Source: an uncultured Bacillota bacterium
Lineage (GTDB): Bacteria > Bacillota > DTU025 > MWDF01
DNA length: 21,665 nt
Direction: 5' to 3'
Assembly (NCBI GenBank): GCA_963823655.1
Contig: CAWGMK010000003.1
Coordinates: 1-21,665 of the forward strand
The position numbers were made by a program, and so were the translations under genes. This document shows, piece after piece, positions 1 through 8,204 of the stretch (position 1 is its first letter; every line of letters starts with the position of its first letter). Under the pieces are notes generated by a model, which was given only the letters and a program-made list of their open reading frames with translations, was not told the DNA's origin and did not search any database.

Positions 1-72
1 AATCTAATACCCTCACCAAGCGGCTTCCCGAGCAAGTATACAGGGGCTTTTATCTTTATGGGCGAAATCTCT

Positions 73-115
73 AGAATAATGACAAGATTGTCATCTGACA
101 TACTTGTCATATTCT
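73..115. promoter_or_regulatory. Tandem palindromic operator (2x TGACA-N4-TGTCA), probable TetR binding site
   Basis: ATGACAAGATTGTCAT at 79-94 and CTGACATACTTGTCAT at 95-110 are 16 bp apart. They sit inside a larger imperfect inverted repeat (AGAATAATGACAAG...CTTGTCATATTCT) about 40 bp upstream of the TetR start. Confidence 0.75.
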
Positions 116-150
116 TTCTTTGTGCAACAATTACGCCGAAGGAGGAAATT

Positions 151-757
151 ATGCAAAAGAAACCTTCAACAACCTGACTGCTGCAAAGAAACGCCGAATA
201 TTCGACGCGGCCGTTGCCAAATTCGCTGCCCAGAGGTTCAGCAAGCATTGATCAACAAGATAGTAAAAGCGGCCGGCATATCGCGAGGCAGCTTCTACCA
301 GTATTTCGAGGGTAAAGAAGATGTTTACCTTTACACACTAAACAAGATCGGCAAGGAGAAGATGGAAGTCCTGCTTAAGGCAGGTACTCCGGACAGTGAT
401 GCCGACTTCTTCCAGATATATGAGCACATGTTCAGGATGGCCTTCGTATGGGCTCACGAAAGGCCTGAATACAGCAAGATCGGAGCATTGATGAGGCTTG
501 ATGACAGCGACTTCATCCTGAAGCTGAAAGGTTTGGCTGACGAGGGCTTCGCCAAGATGACATCAATGATCGAAAGGGATAAGGCAAGAGGGCTAATTAA
601 GCCCGATGTTGATTCGAAGCTTGTGATAGATTTGCTCTATAACGCGCTGACAGCGGCCGAGATGCAGGCATCATATCTCAAAGGATCTGAGGAAGAAATG
701 CTAGAGAAGCTCAGAAAAGTAATCAGCATGGTTAAGGGAGGTATTGCGCTTGTTTAA
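151..757 (+). CDS. TetR/AcrR family transcriptional regulator (two apparent 1-bp deletions near 154 and 243)
   Basis: GGAGG RBS precedes ATG 151. A different frame from 156 reads KETFNNLTAAKKRRIFDAAVAKFAAQRFS. The listed ORF frame then continues ALINKIVKAAGISRGSFYQYFEGKEDVY, the TetR HTH. Restoring two bases gives a typical MxKETF...TetR protein of about 200 aa. Confidence 0.85.
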
Positions 758-1600
758 AGTGGACAACCTCGTATACAGCTACCCAAAGAGCGCTTCGAAA
801 GCCGTGGATGGGTTAAGCTTTGCTATCCAACCAGGAGAGATCTACGGTTTGCTGGGTCCAAGCGGAGCCGGCAAAAGCACTACGCAAAAGGTGCTCATTA
901 AGCTGCTAAAAGGCTACGGCGGCAAGATATCCTACAACGGCAAAGGTCTGGAAGCCTATGGCAACGAGTTCTATGAGGATATCGGCGTGAGCTTCGAGAT
1001 GCCCATCTCCTTCTCCAAGTTGACTGCCGTGGAGAACCTGGATTTCTTCAAGAGGCTTTACAAGAATACGGCAGATATCGAACCCCTAATGAAGAGAGTC
1101 GGGCTGTGGGAGGATAAGGACAAGAAGGCCGGGAGTACTCCAAGGGCATGAAGATCAGGCTCAACTTCGTGCGCGCCATGCTCAACAAACCTAAGATGCT
1201 GTTTTTGGACGAGCCGACCAATGGACTCGATCCCGTGAACGCAAGGATACTCAAGGACATGATCCTGGAGTTCAAAGCAGCGGGCGGCACCGTATTCCTC
1301 ACCAGCCACATAATGAGCGATGTCGACCAGTTGTGCGACAGGGTGGGCTTTATCATCAACGGAAAGCTTCATGAGGAGGATACTCCGAGGAATCTTAAGA
1401 TCAAGTACGGCAAGAAGACCGTGAAGATCGAATACCGCGAGCAGGGACTTCTTAAAACGGCCGAGTTCCCGATGGACCAGATAAGCTCCGATGCCTTCCA
1501 CAAACTGCTCGTCGAGAAAGATATCGAGACCATACACAGCGGAGAGACCACACTTGAGGAGATATTCATCAAAGTGACGGGGGTGGCCCTCCATGAGTAG
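750..1600 (+). CDS. ABC exporter ATP-binding subunit (1-bp frameshift near 1131-1134)
   Basis: Walker A GPSGAGKST is in ORF 744-1151. Walker B LFLDEPT and H-loop TSH are in ORF 1148-1600. Adding one G to GCC GGG AG TAC TCC AAG GGC ATG restores the signature region AGEYSKGMK. GGAGG at 737-741 favours a TTG start at 750. Confidence 0.9.
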
Positions 1601-2317
1601 GCTTTCGGTGCTGATAAAGGGCGAATTCGACAGGCTTAGCAAATACAACCTTTTCACGGCCAGTTTCGTGGCCTCGGCCATGTATGTCGTGATGGCCTGG
1701 TTGATGAGCGCCGAGCAGCTGACGGGATTTCTGCCTTTCATATTCATCACCGACAGCACGATGATGACAATAGTGCTAGTAGGAGCCACTCTGTTCTATG
1801 AGAAGAAGGAGCATACGATCAACTCCATAATGGTGACTCCGGCGACATACGACGAATATCTCATCGCCAAAGTCGTGGTAAACGTCGCCAACTCGATGTT
1901 CACAGTGGCGTTCGTTTCAATCGCAGTCTTCCTTCTTAAGGATCTCAGCTACAACTATCTTCATATAGTATTCGCAACAATACTTGTAACGGTCCTTCAT
2001 ACATTCATAGGCATAAGGATCGCTTACACGGCAAAGAACTTCGCTTCGATGCTCATAAGCTTCATGTCTTATATGCTGGTGTTCATGATGCCGAGCATCC
2101 TGGCGGTCACGGGGATAATCGGCGAGGATGTTGCGCAGCTGCTTGTAATACTGCCGATAAATCCTCTCTTAACCTGGTCAAAGCAGGATTTGCACAGGTA
2201 CCGGTCTGGAAGATAATCTTCGGTTATTGTTACCTGTCTGTCATTTCCATAGTCTTCTACAGGTATGCGGTCAGGCCCCGCTTCGCTGAGTACATGATGC
2301 GGGAGATGGGGGTGTAA
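1593..2317 (+). CDS. ABC-2 type exporter permease, fluoroquinolone-export permease-like (1-bp frameshift near 2160)
   Basis: Multiple TM segments and the GATLFYEKKEHTINSIMVTP motif. After about 2160 the shifted frame gives a further TM helix (SSLNLVKAGFAQVPVWKIIFGYCYLSVISIVFYRYAV...GV*) ending at TAA 2317, 2 nt before the next ATG. Confidence 0.8.
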
Positions 2318-2319
2318 AC

Positions 2320-3045
2320 ATGTTCTGGACGATGGCAAGGCACGAAACGAAGAACCTGCTTCGAGACAAGATGACGCTTTTCATGGCCTCATACCCTATT
2401 GTCATTGGCCTCGCCCTGAGATATCTCGCCGCAGAGCAGATCGTCGCCGGTCAGGCCCTCAATGTTAGCGCCGTCTTGCTCACCTTGATGACTGGCTTCT
2501 CCTTCGGCGCGGTCGCCGGCATGTCGCTGCTCGACGACAGGGACGACCTGGTCCTTTACTCAATACAGATCTCGCCGGTGCCGGTATGGAAGTTCATCTG
2601 GCTGAAAATCGCCTTCGTTTATGTACTGGCCCTTATCGGCGGCATGCTGATAATCTGGGTGTCGGGAGCGCTTGATTTGAGCTTCATGGAGAACCTGCTG
2701 ATATCGGCCCTTTCTGCCATGCAGGTCCCCTTCCTCGCTTTCCTAATCAATGCCTTCGCGAAGAACAAGGTCGAGGGCTTCGTAGCTATGAAAGGAAGCG
2801 GCTTCCTGCTGGTATTCCCCGTCGCCGGCTTCTTCTTCCTGGATATAAAGGAGTGGCTGTTCGCAATCGCCCCGGGACACTGGGCGGCAAAGGCTGTACA
2901 GTACCTGCTTTTAAGGCCGGCCATCGACGCAGGCCTTACCAGTATGAACCTTACTTTCTTCTCATACCTGGCCATAGGATTTTTATACAACGCGCTTTTC
3001 GCAGCTTTCGCATATTCGCTCTTCAAGAAGCGGAATGCATTCTAA
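2320..3045 (+). CDS. ABC exporter permease, second subunit
   Basis: Hydrophobic 241-aa protein with LLDDRDD...QISP and FAKNKVEGFVAMKG motifs typical of the second permease in Rv2686c-2688c-like exporters. It is in the same operon as the ATPase. Confidence 0.85.
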   Translation: MFWTMARHETKNLLRDKMTLFMASYPIVIGLALRYLAAEQIVAGQALNVSAVLLTLMTGFSFGAVAGMSLLDDRDDLVLYSIQISPVPVWKFIWLKIAFVYVLALIGGMLIIWVSGALDLSFMENLLISALSAMQVPFLAFLINAFAKNKVEGFVAMKGSGFLLVFPVAGFFFLDIKEWLFAIAPGHWAAKAVQYLLLRPAIDAGLTSMNLTFFSYLAIGFLYNALFAAFAYSLFKKRNAF

Positions 3046-3057
3046 GGAGGAAGAAAA

Positions 3058-3252
3058 ATGTCGACTGCGTCTTTGATCCTTTTCCTGTTAGGGGCCTTTT
3101 ATGCCGCCGGGCTTATATTCAGGTTCCCGTTTTTCTATGAGAGCAATCCGAAGACGCGCTTTATTATCCAGAAGATCGGGATGGGCCCCTATAAGATCCT
3201 TCTTGGAGCAATCGCGGCAGCTTGCATAATTGCCGCGATAGTGCTCAGGTAG
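3058..3252 (+). CDS. Small two-TM membrane protein (loosely Imm17-like)
   Basis: Strong AAGGAGG RBS before ATG 3058. The 64-aa product has two hydrophobic helices separated by FPFFYESNPKTRFIIQKIG. Confidence 0.7.
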   Translation: MSTASLILFLLGAFYAAGLIFRFPFFYESNPKTRFIIQKIGMGPYKILLGAIAAACIIAAIVLR

Positions 3253-3297
3253 CCGAAAAGACCGTTGGCAAAACCATGAGAAGGGTGTGAGTCACAC

Positions 3298-3756
3298 ATG
3301 AAGCTTGAGTTCGATGCAGCGCTTTTAAGGCATGAGGGCTTGGATGCCGCATACATAGAGCCGCCTTTCGACGTCGAGAAGGAATTCGGCGCCAAAAGGG
3401 TAAAGGTAAGGGCCTTCTTCGACGGTTACGAGTACAGGGGCTCCATTGTGCGCATGGACGGGTGTTTCATGCTAGGGGTTACGAAGCAGGTGCGCTCGGC
3501 AATCGGCAAAAGCTTCGGTGACATCGTGCATGTGACAGTAGAAAAGGATGAGCTGGAACGCATAGTTGATGTACCAGTGGAGCTGTCTGACCTGTTTAAG
3601 ACTAATTTAGAGGCCGGAAAGAAATTCTCGGAAATGTCCTATAGCCACAGGAAGGACTACTCCCAGTGGATTTCAGGATCGGCCAAAGCCGAAACCAGGC
3701 AGTCGCGGGCAAGCAAGGCCACAGATCTCATTATGCAGGGTAAACCTTTGAAATAA
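3298..3756 (+). CDS. DUF1905 + YdeI/OmpD-associated (OmdA) domain protein
   Basis: N-terminal AYIEPPFDVEKEFGAKRVKV...YRGSIVRM...K..GD.V.V pattern (DUF1905). C-terminal VPVEL...F..MSYSHRKDY..WI..AKAETR..R pattern (OmdA). Confidence 0.85.
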   Translation: MKLEFDAALLRHEGLDAAYIEPPFDVEKEFGAKRVKVRAFFDGYEYRGSIVRMDGCFMLGVTKQVRSAIGKSFGDIVHVTVEKDELERIVDVPVELSDLFKTNLEAGKKFSEMSYSHRKDYSQWISGSAKAETRQSRASKATDLIMQGKPLK

Positions 3757-3777
3757 ACAAAATGACAGCGGTTTTCG

Positions 3778-3804
3778 AGGGCCATCCGCTTGGATGGCCC
3801 TTTT
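3778..3804 (+). terminator. Rho-independent terminator ending the TetR-ABC operon
   Basis: AGGGCCATCC-GCTT-GGATGGCCCT is a perfect 10-bp stem followed by TTT, just after the stop at 3756. Confidence 0.85.
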
Positions 3805-3836
3805 CGTAAAATTCCTCCAAATTTTCCTTAGAAGGT

Positions 3837-3865
3837 TTGATAAGAAGGGCGCGAATCCTTATAAT
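3837..3865 (+). promoter_or_regulatory. Sigma-A/sigma70-type promoter
   Basis: TTGATA (3837-3842), a 17-nt spacer, then TATAAT (3860-3865), just downstream of the terminator. Confidence 0.7.
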
Positions 3866-3984
3866 CTTGAGTTGGCTGTGCCGTCGGATTTACAATCGCC
3901 TATCCGTTCGGCAATTGAGCGGACATTCGCTGAGTCTTCCGAATTTTCTTCGAGTGTCGGCATAATGGGAGGAAGCATCACCAT

Positions 3985-4359
3985 ATGAAACTCTCCAAGA
4001 CGAAGAAAGCTCTCATAATCGTACTGATCATCATCGTAGTGGCCATTGTAGCAATTAAGAACATGAAAGTGCCCGAAGTCACCCTGGCTGAAATCGATTT
4101 CTCCACATTGGCGGATGGTACCTACCCCGGCACCTATGTTTTGGGCCCGGTTAAAGCGTCAGTAGAAGTAGATATCCTTGGCGGAATCGTCACACAGATA
4201 CGCATGACAGAGCACAGGACGGGACAAGGGCAATCCGCAGTCGCTATCCTGGATTCCGTAATAGCCTCCCAATCGCTGCAAGTCGACATCATAACCGGCG
4301 CCACCTGGAGCAGCAATACGATACTTAAGGCAATAGAGGATGCGCTGAAAAACAAGTAA
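3985..4359 (+). CDS. Membrane-anchored FMN-binding domain protein (FMN_bind family)
   Basis: N-terminal hydrophobic anchor, ADGTYPG, and the flavinylation-type motif VDIITGATWSS. GGGAGG RBS. Confidence 0.85.
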   Translation: MKLSKTKKALIIVLIIIVVAIVAIKNMKVPEVTLAEIDFSTLADGTYPGTYVLGPVKASVEVDILGGIVTQIRMTEHRTGQGQSAVAILDSVIASQSLQVDIITGATWSSNTILKAIEDALKNK

Positions 4360-4371
4360 GAAGGAAGCGAA

Positions 4372-5361
4372 ATGAGCCATTCTCCAAATGCCACAACCCC
4401 AATATCCGGCATCCCTGAGGCCCTGCAGAGAAGGCTAGCAGCCAGATTCCCCAGCTATGCCCTGATTGACAGGCTTGATGAAGGCTGGTCCGCCGATGAG
4501 AAATTCCGGCTTCGCGGCAGGCAGGACAAGATGTTCCTGCTAAGGACCTCAAAATCGGTAAGCGAAGGAAGGCGGCTCGCACAGGCGGATGCAATGGGAA
4601 ATGCCCTCAAAGCAGGAATCAACGCCCCGCTTCCGATAGAAACCGGTCTATTCGAGGACGGTTCTTCATACATACTCCAAACCTGGCTTGATGGGACGAG
4701 TTTGGAAAGAACACTTCCCCAATTCGATTTGAAAAGGCAGTATGAGCTTGGCCTTTCGGCAGGAAGCCTGCTAAAATCCCTTCATGGCATCTCATTTATC
4801 CCCATATCCCGGGCGACTTATCCCGACAGGCTGAAGAAGACCTTCAGGAAACTTGCTGCATATAAGTCCTCGGGGATTAGGGTAGCCGGAGAAGATTTGG
4901 CGCTTCAGCTGCTTAAAGAGCGCCTTCCCCTGCTTGATGGAAGGCCCTTGTGCCTTCAGCACGGCGATTTCCATCCAGGGAACATGCTTGTCATGGCCCA
5001 CGGAGGGCTAGGCATCATAGACTTCGACCGCTGCGACTACTCAGACCCCTATGAGGAATTTTATAAAGCGGAGCTGTTCGCGCGCCCATTAAGCGCAGCC
5101 TTCGCAAACGGCCAGCTTCACGCCTATTTTGATGGAGACCCTCCTTCCGATTTCTGGCGCGTACTGTCAGTTTACCTGGCGGGCGTGATGCTTTACTCCC
5201 CAGTCTGGGCAATACCTTTCGGGCAAACCCAAGTTGACTACATGTGCTCGCTTTCGGAATTGGTGCTTAAGGATTTCGATGGCTTCAAATCATCGTTGCC
5301 CCTCTGGTATGTCCCTTTTAATGACGCGGAGGGCCTTGTTGCGCCTCATCCTAATGGCTGA
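4372..5361 (+). CDS. Aminoglycoside phosphotransferase/choline kinase-like (APH) family protein
   Basis: GWSADEK glycine-loop region, Brenner motif HGDFHPGN, and IIDFDR..DPYEEF. Confidence 0.85.
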   Translation: MSHSPNATTPISGIPEALQRRLAARFPSYALIDRLDEGWSADEKFRLRGRQDKMFLLRTSKSVSEGRRLAQADAMGNALKAGINAPLPIETGLFEDGSSYILQTWLDGTSLERTLPQFDLKRQYELGLSAGSLLKSLHGISFIPISRATYPDRLKKTFRKLAAYKSSGIRVAGEDLALQLLKERLPLLDGRPLCLQHGDFHPGNMLVMAHGGLGIIDFDRCDYSDPYEEFYKAELFARPLSAAFANGQLHAYFDGDPPSDFWRVLSVYLAGVMLYSPVWAIPFGQTQVDYMCSLSELVLKDFDGFKSSLPLWYVPFNDAEGLVAPHPNG

Positions 5362-5439
5362 GGGAAAACTATCACGGCGGCTCATGAAGGATTCAACTAT
5401 TGCTAGCCAGTTAAGGTGCTTTTTATACAGGAGGTTTTG

Positions 5440-5943
5440 ATGAATACCCTAATCGTGTACACGACGAAATACGGCGCGACGGCCGAAAATGCGGCGAAGC
5501 TAAAGAAGTTGCTGCACGGAGGCGTGGTTCTTGCTGACCTAAAGAAGGAAAAAGCCCCTGAGCTTTCCAAGTTCGACCGCGTCATTGTTGGCGGGCCCGC
5601 ATACGTGGGAAGAGTCGGCAAAGAAATCTTGGCTTTCTGCAACACGAATATGCAAGCACTTTTGTCGAAGCAAATCGGCTTATTTATCTGCAACATCCAA
5701 AAGGACGGCTTAGCCGAGCTTGAGGCGGCATTTCCTAAGGAGCTTACATCTGCGGCAAAAGCGAAAGCGGCATTTGGAGGCCGACTCGAATTCGACAGGC
5801 TCACCCTGCCCGACCGGCTGGTCACGAAGATGATCGGAAAGATGGATAAGACCATGCCCGCGATGTCCAAAGGCGTTGTATATTCTACTATATCGGACGA
5901 GGCAATCTCCATTTTCATAAAGGAAATGGAAAGGTCAGAGTGA
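5440..5943 (+). CDS. Flavodoxin-domain protein (Flavodoxin_5 / HemG-like)
   Basis: MNTLIVYTTKYGATAENA FMN phosphate loop, VIVGGPAYVG and FGGRL. GGAGG at 5430-5434 supports ATG 5440. Confidence 0.85.
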   Translation: MNTLIVYTTKYGATAENAAKLKKLLHGGVVLADLKKEKAPELSKFDRVIVGGPAYVGRVGKEILAFCNTNMQALLSKQIGLFICNIQKDGLAELEAAFPKELTSAAKAKAAFGGRLEFDRLTLPDRLVTKMIGKMDKTMPAMSKGVVYSTISDEAISIFIKEMERSE

Positions 5944-5965
5944 TTATTGATGGAGGGCGACGAGA

Positions 5966-7000
5966 ATGATAAAACCGAGGAAGCTGCTGCCTGGCGACAG
6001 GGTTGCAACCGTAAGCCCGTCCAGCGGCAGTGCGGGTGAACCTGCATTCAGATGGCGCTATGAGATAGGAGTGCGCAGACTGAAGGAGCTGTTCGGCTTC
6101 GACGTGGTCGCAATGCCCAACTCCTTAAAGGGTATAGAATACAACTCTAAACATCCGGAGGGCAGGGCCGAGGATCTCATGGCCGCCTTCAGCGATAAAT
6201 CGATAAAGGCGATCATATGCAACATCGGGGGAGACGACAGCATCAGGCTCATGCCCTTCCTGGATCAAGAGGTCATATGCAATAATCCCAAGGTGCTGAC
6301 CGGCTTCTCTGACACTACAAGCGTCCATATGATCTGTTACGGCTCCGGCCTTTCGACTTTTTACGGACCGGCCCTGCTTACGGACTTCGCCGAGAATTGC
6401 GGCGTTTTCGGCTATATGGCTGACTATTTCAGGCGCGCCACATTCGAAACCGGCGCGATTGGCCAGGTATCATCCCCTGGGTATTGGACCAGCGAGTTTC
6501 TCGATTGGAACGACAAGGAGCTGAACAGGTCACCTAGGCGCACAAAGCGAACAGGCGGTTTCGGGCTTCTCTGCGGAGCAGGCGTTGCTGAGGGAAAGCT
6601 TCTTGGCGGCTGCCTCTCTGTGCTTGACAGGATAGCCGATACTCCTGCCTTCCCCGCTCCGGAGCATTGGAAAGGGGCGATCGTTTTCCTGGAGACGCCC
6701 GAGACTACACCGCCGCCCGAGCTTTTCGAAGCCCAGATGAGGACCATGCTGCAAAAAGAAGTTTTGCAGGAAGCGGCGGGGCTGATCTTCGCAAGGCCTT
6801 ATGGCAATACATACAACGATGAATACAAGGCCATTTTGAGAAAGCTTATCTGCGATGAGCTGGGCCTAAAACACATGCCCGTGTTGACCGGCTTGCCTTT
6901 CGGCCACACCTCGCCCATCATCACGCTTCCTATCGGGGCCAACGCCCGAATAGATGCCAATTCGCGCGCCTTTTCGATACTGGAATCCGGTGTCATTTAG
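5966..7000 (+). CDS. S66 family peptidase (LD-carboxypeptidase / MccF-like)
   Basis: MIKPRKL.PGD.VA.VSPS start, IGGDDS, and triad motifs GFSDTT (Ser), VFLET (Glu) and PFGHT (His). Confidence 0.92.
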   Translation: MIKPRKLLPGDRVATVSPSSGSAGEPAFRWRYEIGVRRLKELFGFDVVAMPNSLKGIEYNSKHPEGRAEDLMAAFSDKSIKAIICNIGGDDSIRLMPFLDQEVICNNPKVLTGFSDTTSVHMICYGSGLSTFYGPALLTDFAENCGVFGYMADYFRRATFETGAIGQVSSPGYWTSEFLDWNDKELNRSPRRTKRTGGFGLLCGAGVAEGKLLGGCLSVLDRIADTPAFPAPEHWKGAIVFLETPETTPPPELFEAQMRTMLQKEVLQEAAGLIFARPYGNTYNDEYKAILRKLICDELGLKHMPVLTGLPFGHTSPIITLPIGANARIDANSRAFSILESGVI

Positions 7001-7078
7001 CTTGCTACTTATGAAGGATTTTCGACCGGCGTGCATCCAAGGATGTATAATCTCGTTGATGGCTTAATGGAGTGTGTG

Positions 7079-7702
7079 ATGAAAGAGAAAGTCGAATCCC
7101 CGATATATTCGCAGATTGCGCTGGACATCGCCTTTAGGATATCCAAAGGCGAGATCAAGGAAGGCGCGAATCTCAGCGGCAGGTCGGTGCTCGCAAGCGA
7201 GTACAAGGTATCCCCCGAGACCGTAAGAAGGTCCCTGAGGATACTTGAAGACATGCAGATCGTGAAAGTGCACGCCAATGTGGGGGCCGAGGTAGTCTCA
7301 AGGGCGGCGGCTGCGCTTTTCATAGAGCACTACAATGTCGGCAACGATATGCGCTCCCACAGGAATGAGATATCTTCGCTGATAAAAAGCCGTGAGGAGC
7401 TGGACGTAAAGCTGTTGTCCCTCATCGGCAAGGTGTATGACCTGAGCGAAAGGCTGAGGAACATCAGCCCTGTACATGCGGTCGAACTCGAGATCCCTGA
7501 AGGATCGCCCATAATCGGTAAAACAGTCACCGACCTGAAATTCTGGCAGAGGACCGGGGCGACCATTGTCGGCATTAAGCGCCTAGGCAAGATCATAATC
7601 TCACCCGGGCCATATGCCTCGTTCATTTCATCGGACATTGTGCTGGTTATCGGCGACAAAGACGCTCCCGAAAGGGTATCTAAGCTGATAGCAGAAGGCT
7701 AA
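7079..7702 (+). CDS. busR: BusR-like regulator: GntR-type wHTH, coiled coil, RCK_C (TrkA-C) domain
   Basis: PIYSQIALDIA...GRSVLASEYKVSPETVRR HTH, a central coiled coil, and C-terminal GKT..DLKFWQRTGATIVGIKR...SPGPYA. TATAAT at 7046-7051 lies upstream. Confidence 0.8.
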   Translation: MKEKVESPIYSQIALDIAFRISKGEIKEGANLSGRSVLASEYKVSPETVRRSLRILEDMQIVKVHANVGAEVVSRAAAALFIEHYNVGNDMRSHRNEISSLIKSREELDVKLLSLIGKVYDLSERLRNISPVHAVELEIPEGSPIIGKTVTDLKFWQRTGATIVGIKRLGKIIISPGPYASFISSDIVLVIGDKDAPERVSKLIAEG

Positions 7703-7731
7703 CTGAACTTAAAGCACTTTCTACATGGTGA

Positions 7732-7776
7732 TGGCGCCGGGCGAAGATCTTATTTGATCTGCACGGCGCCACTTTT
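7732..7776. terminator. Long hairpin between convergent busR-like and cupin genes, probable terminator
   Basis: TGGCGCCG (7732-7739) pairs with CGGCGCCA (7764-7771), with an inner AGATC/GATCT stem, followed by CTTTT. Confidence 0.6.
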
Positions 7777-7801
7777 CATGATCCGGAGCGATTTCCCCAG
7801 C

Positions 7802-8128
7802 TTACTTTCCGAGAAACACCCTCGGATTCGGCGCTTTAACTACGAAAAGCTCAAGCACGGGCTCATGCTCGTTGCGAACGAACATCTTTGTGCCGAACGG
7901 AATATACACTATGCTGCCCGCCTCGTAAACATGGGTATCCTGTTCGGCTAGGCTTATTGACAGCGTGCCCCTGGCCACAATCATCTGCACATGGGAGTTC
8001 GCTTCATGCACCGGCAGCGCCTCAGTCTTATTTAACACCATGTGGTTAATAGCGCAATGCTCATCGTCGACGATTTTCTCTATGGTCTTTGTGTCGGTGA
8101 CTGTGAACCTACATATCTTCTCTATCAT
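7802..8128 (-). CDS. Cupin domain protein
   Basis: 108 aa with LPVHEANSHVQMIVARG and GSIVYIPFGTKM.V.N cupin motifs. GAGGGGG RBS on the minus strand. Confidence 0.85.
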   Translation of the reverse strand: MIEKICRFTVTDTKTIEKIVDDEHCAINHMVLNKTEALPVHEANSHVQMIVARGTLSISLAEQDTHVYEAGSIVYIPFGTKMFVRNEHEPVLELFVVKAPNPRVFLGK

Positions 8129-8160
8129 TTTTGTTCCCCCTCATGTTCCCTCTGGCTTAG

Positions 8161-8204
8161 ATTCTATTAGAATGTCCTTAGGATAGCAGTAATATTTATT
8201 ACCG
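8161..8204. promoter_or_regulatory. Divergent promoter region with Crp/Fnr (HcpR2-like) palindrome
   Basis: GTAATA-TT-TATTAC palindrome at 8189-8202. ATTCTA-T-TAGAAT at 8161-8173 provides a TAGAAT -10 element on both strands. Confidence 0.6.

Noticed and set aside
1-55. Possible 3' end of a structured RNA such as 6S
   Set aside because: Too short and lacks diagnostic motifs. It reads equally well as the leader/RBS (GAGGGT) of a divergent gene outside the window.
104-150. N-terminal extension of ORF 104..757
   Set aside because: It is an artefact of the frameshifts. The real start is ATG 151 behind GGAGG, and the extension overlaps the operator.
1125-1150. Programmed ribosomal frameshift in the ABC ATPase
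   Set aside because: No slippery heptamer or clear stimulatory structure, and the same 1-bp loss pattern recurs in neighbouring genes.
3831-3856. Recurring GAAGGxTT upstream of genes (3831, 5386, 7013, 17896) as SigH-type promoters
   Set aside because: A GAAT -10 at plausible spacing is present in only two cases and the spacing differs, so support is too weak.
3794-3988. 64-aa ORF in the intergenic region
   Set aside because: It starts inside the terminator, has no RBS, and spans the promoter and leader.
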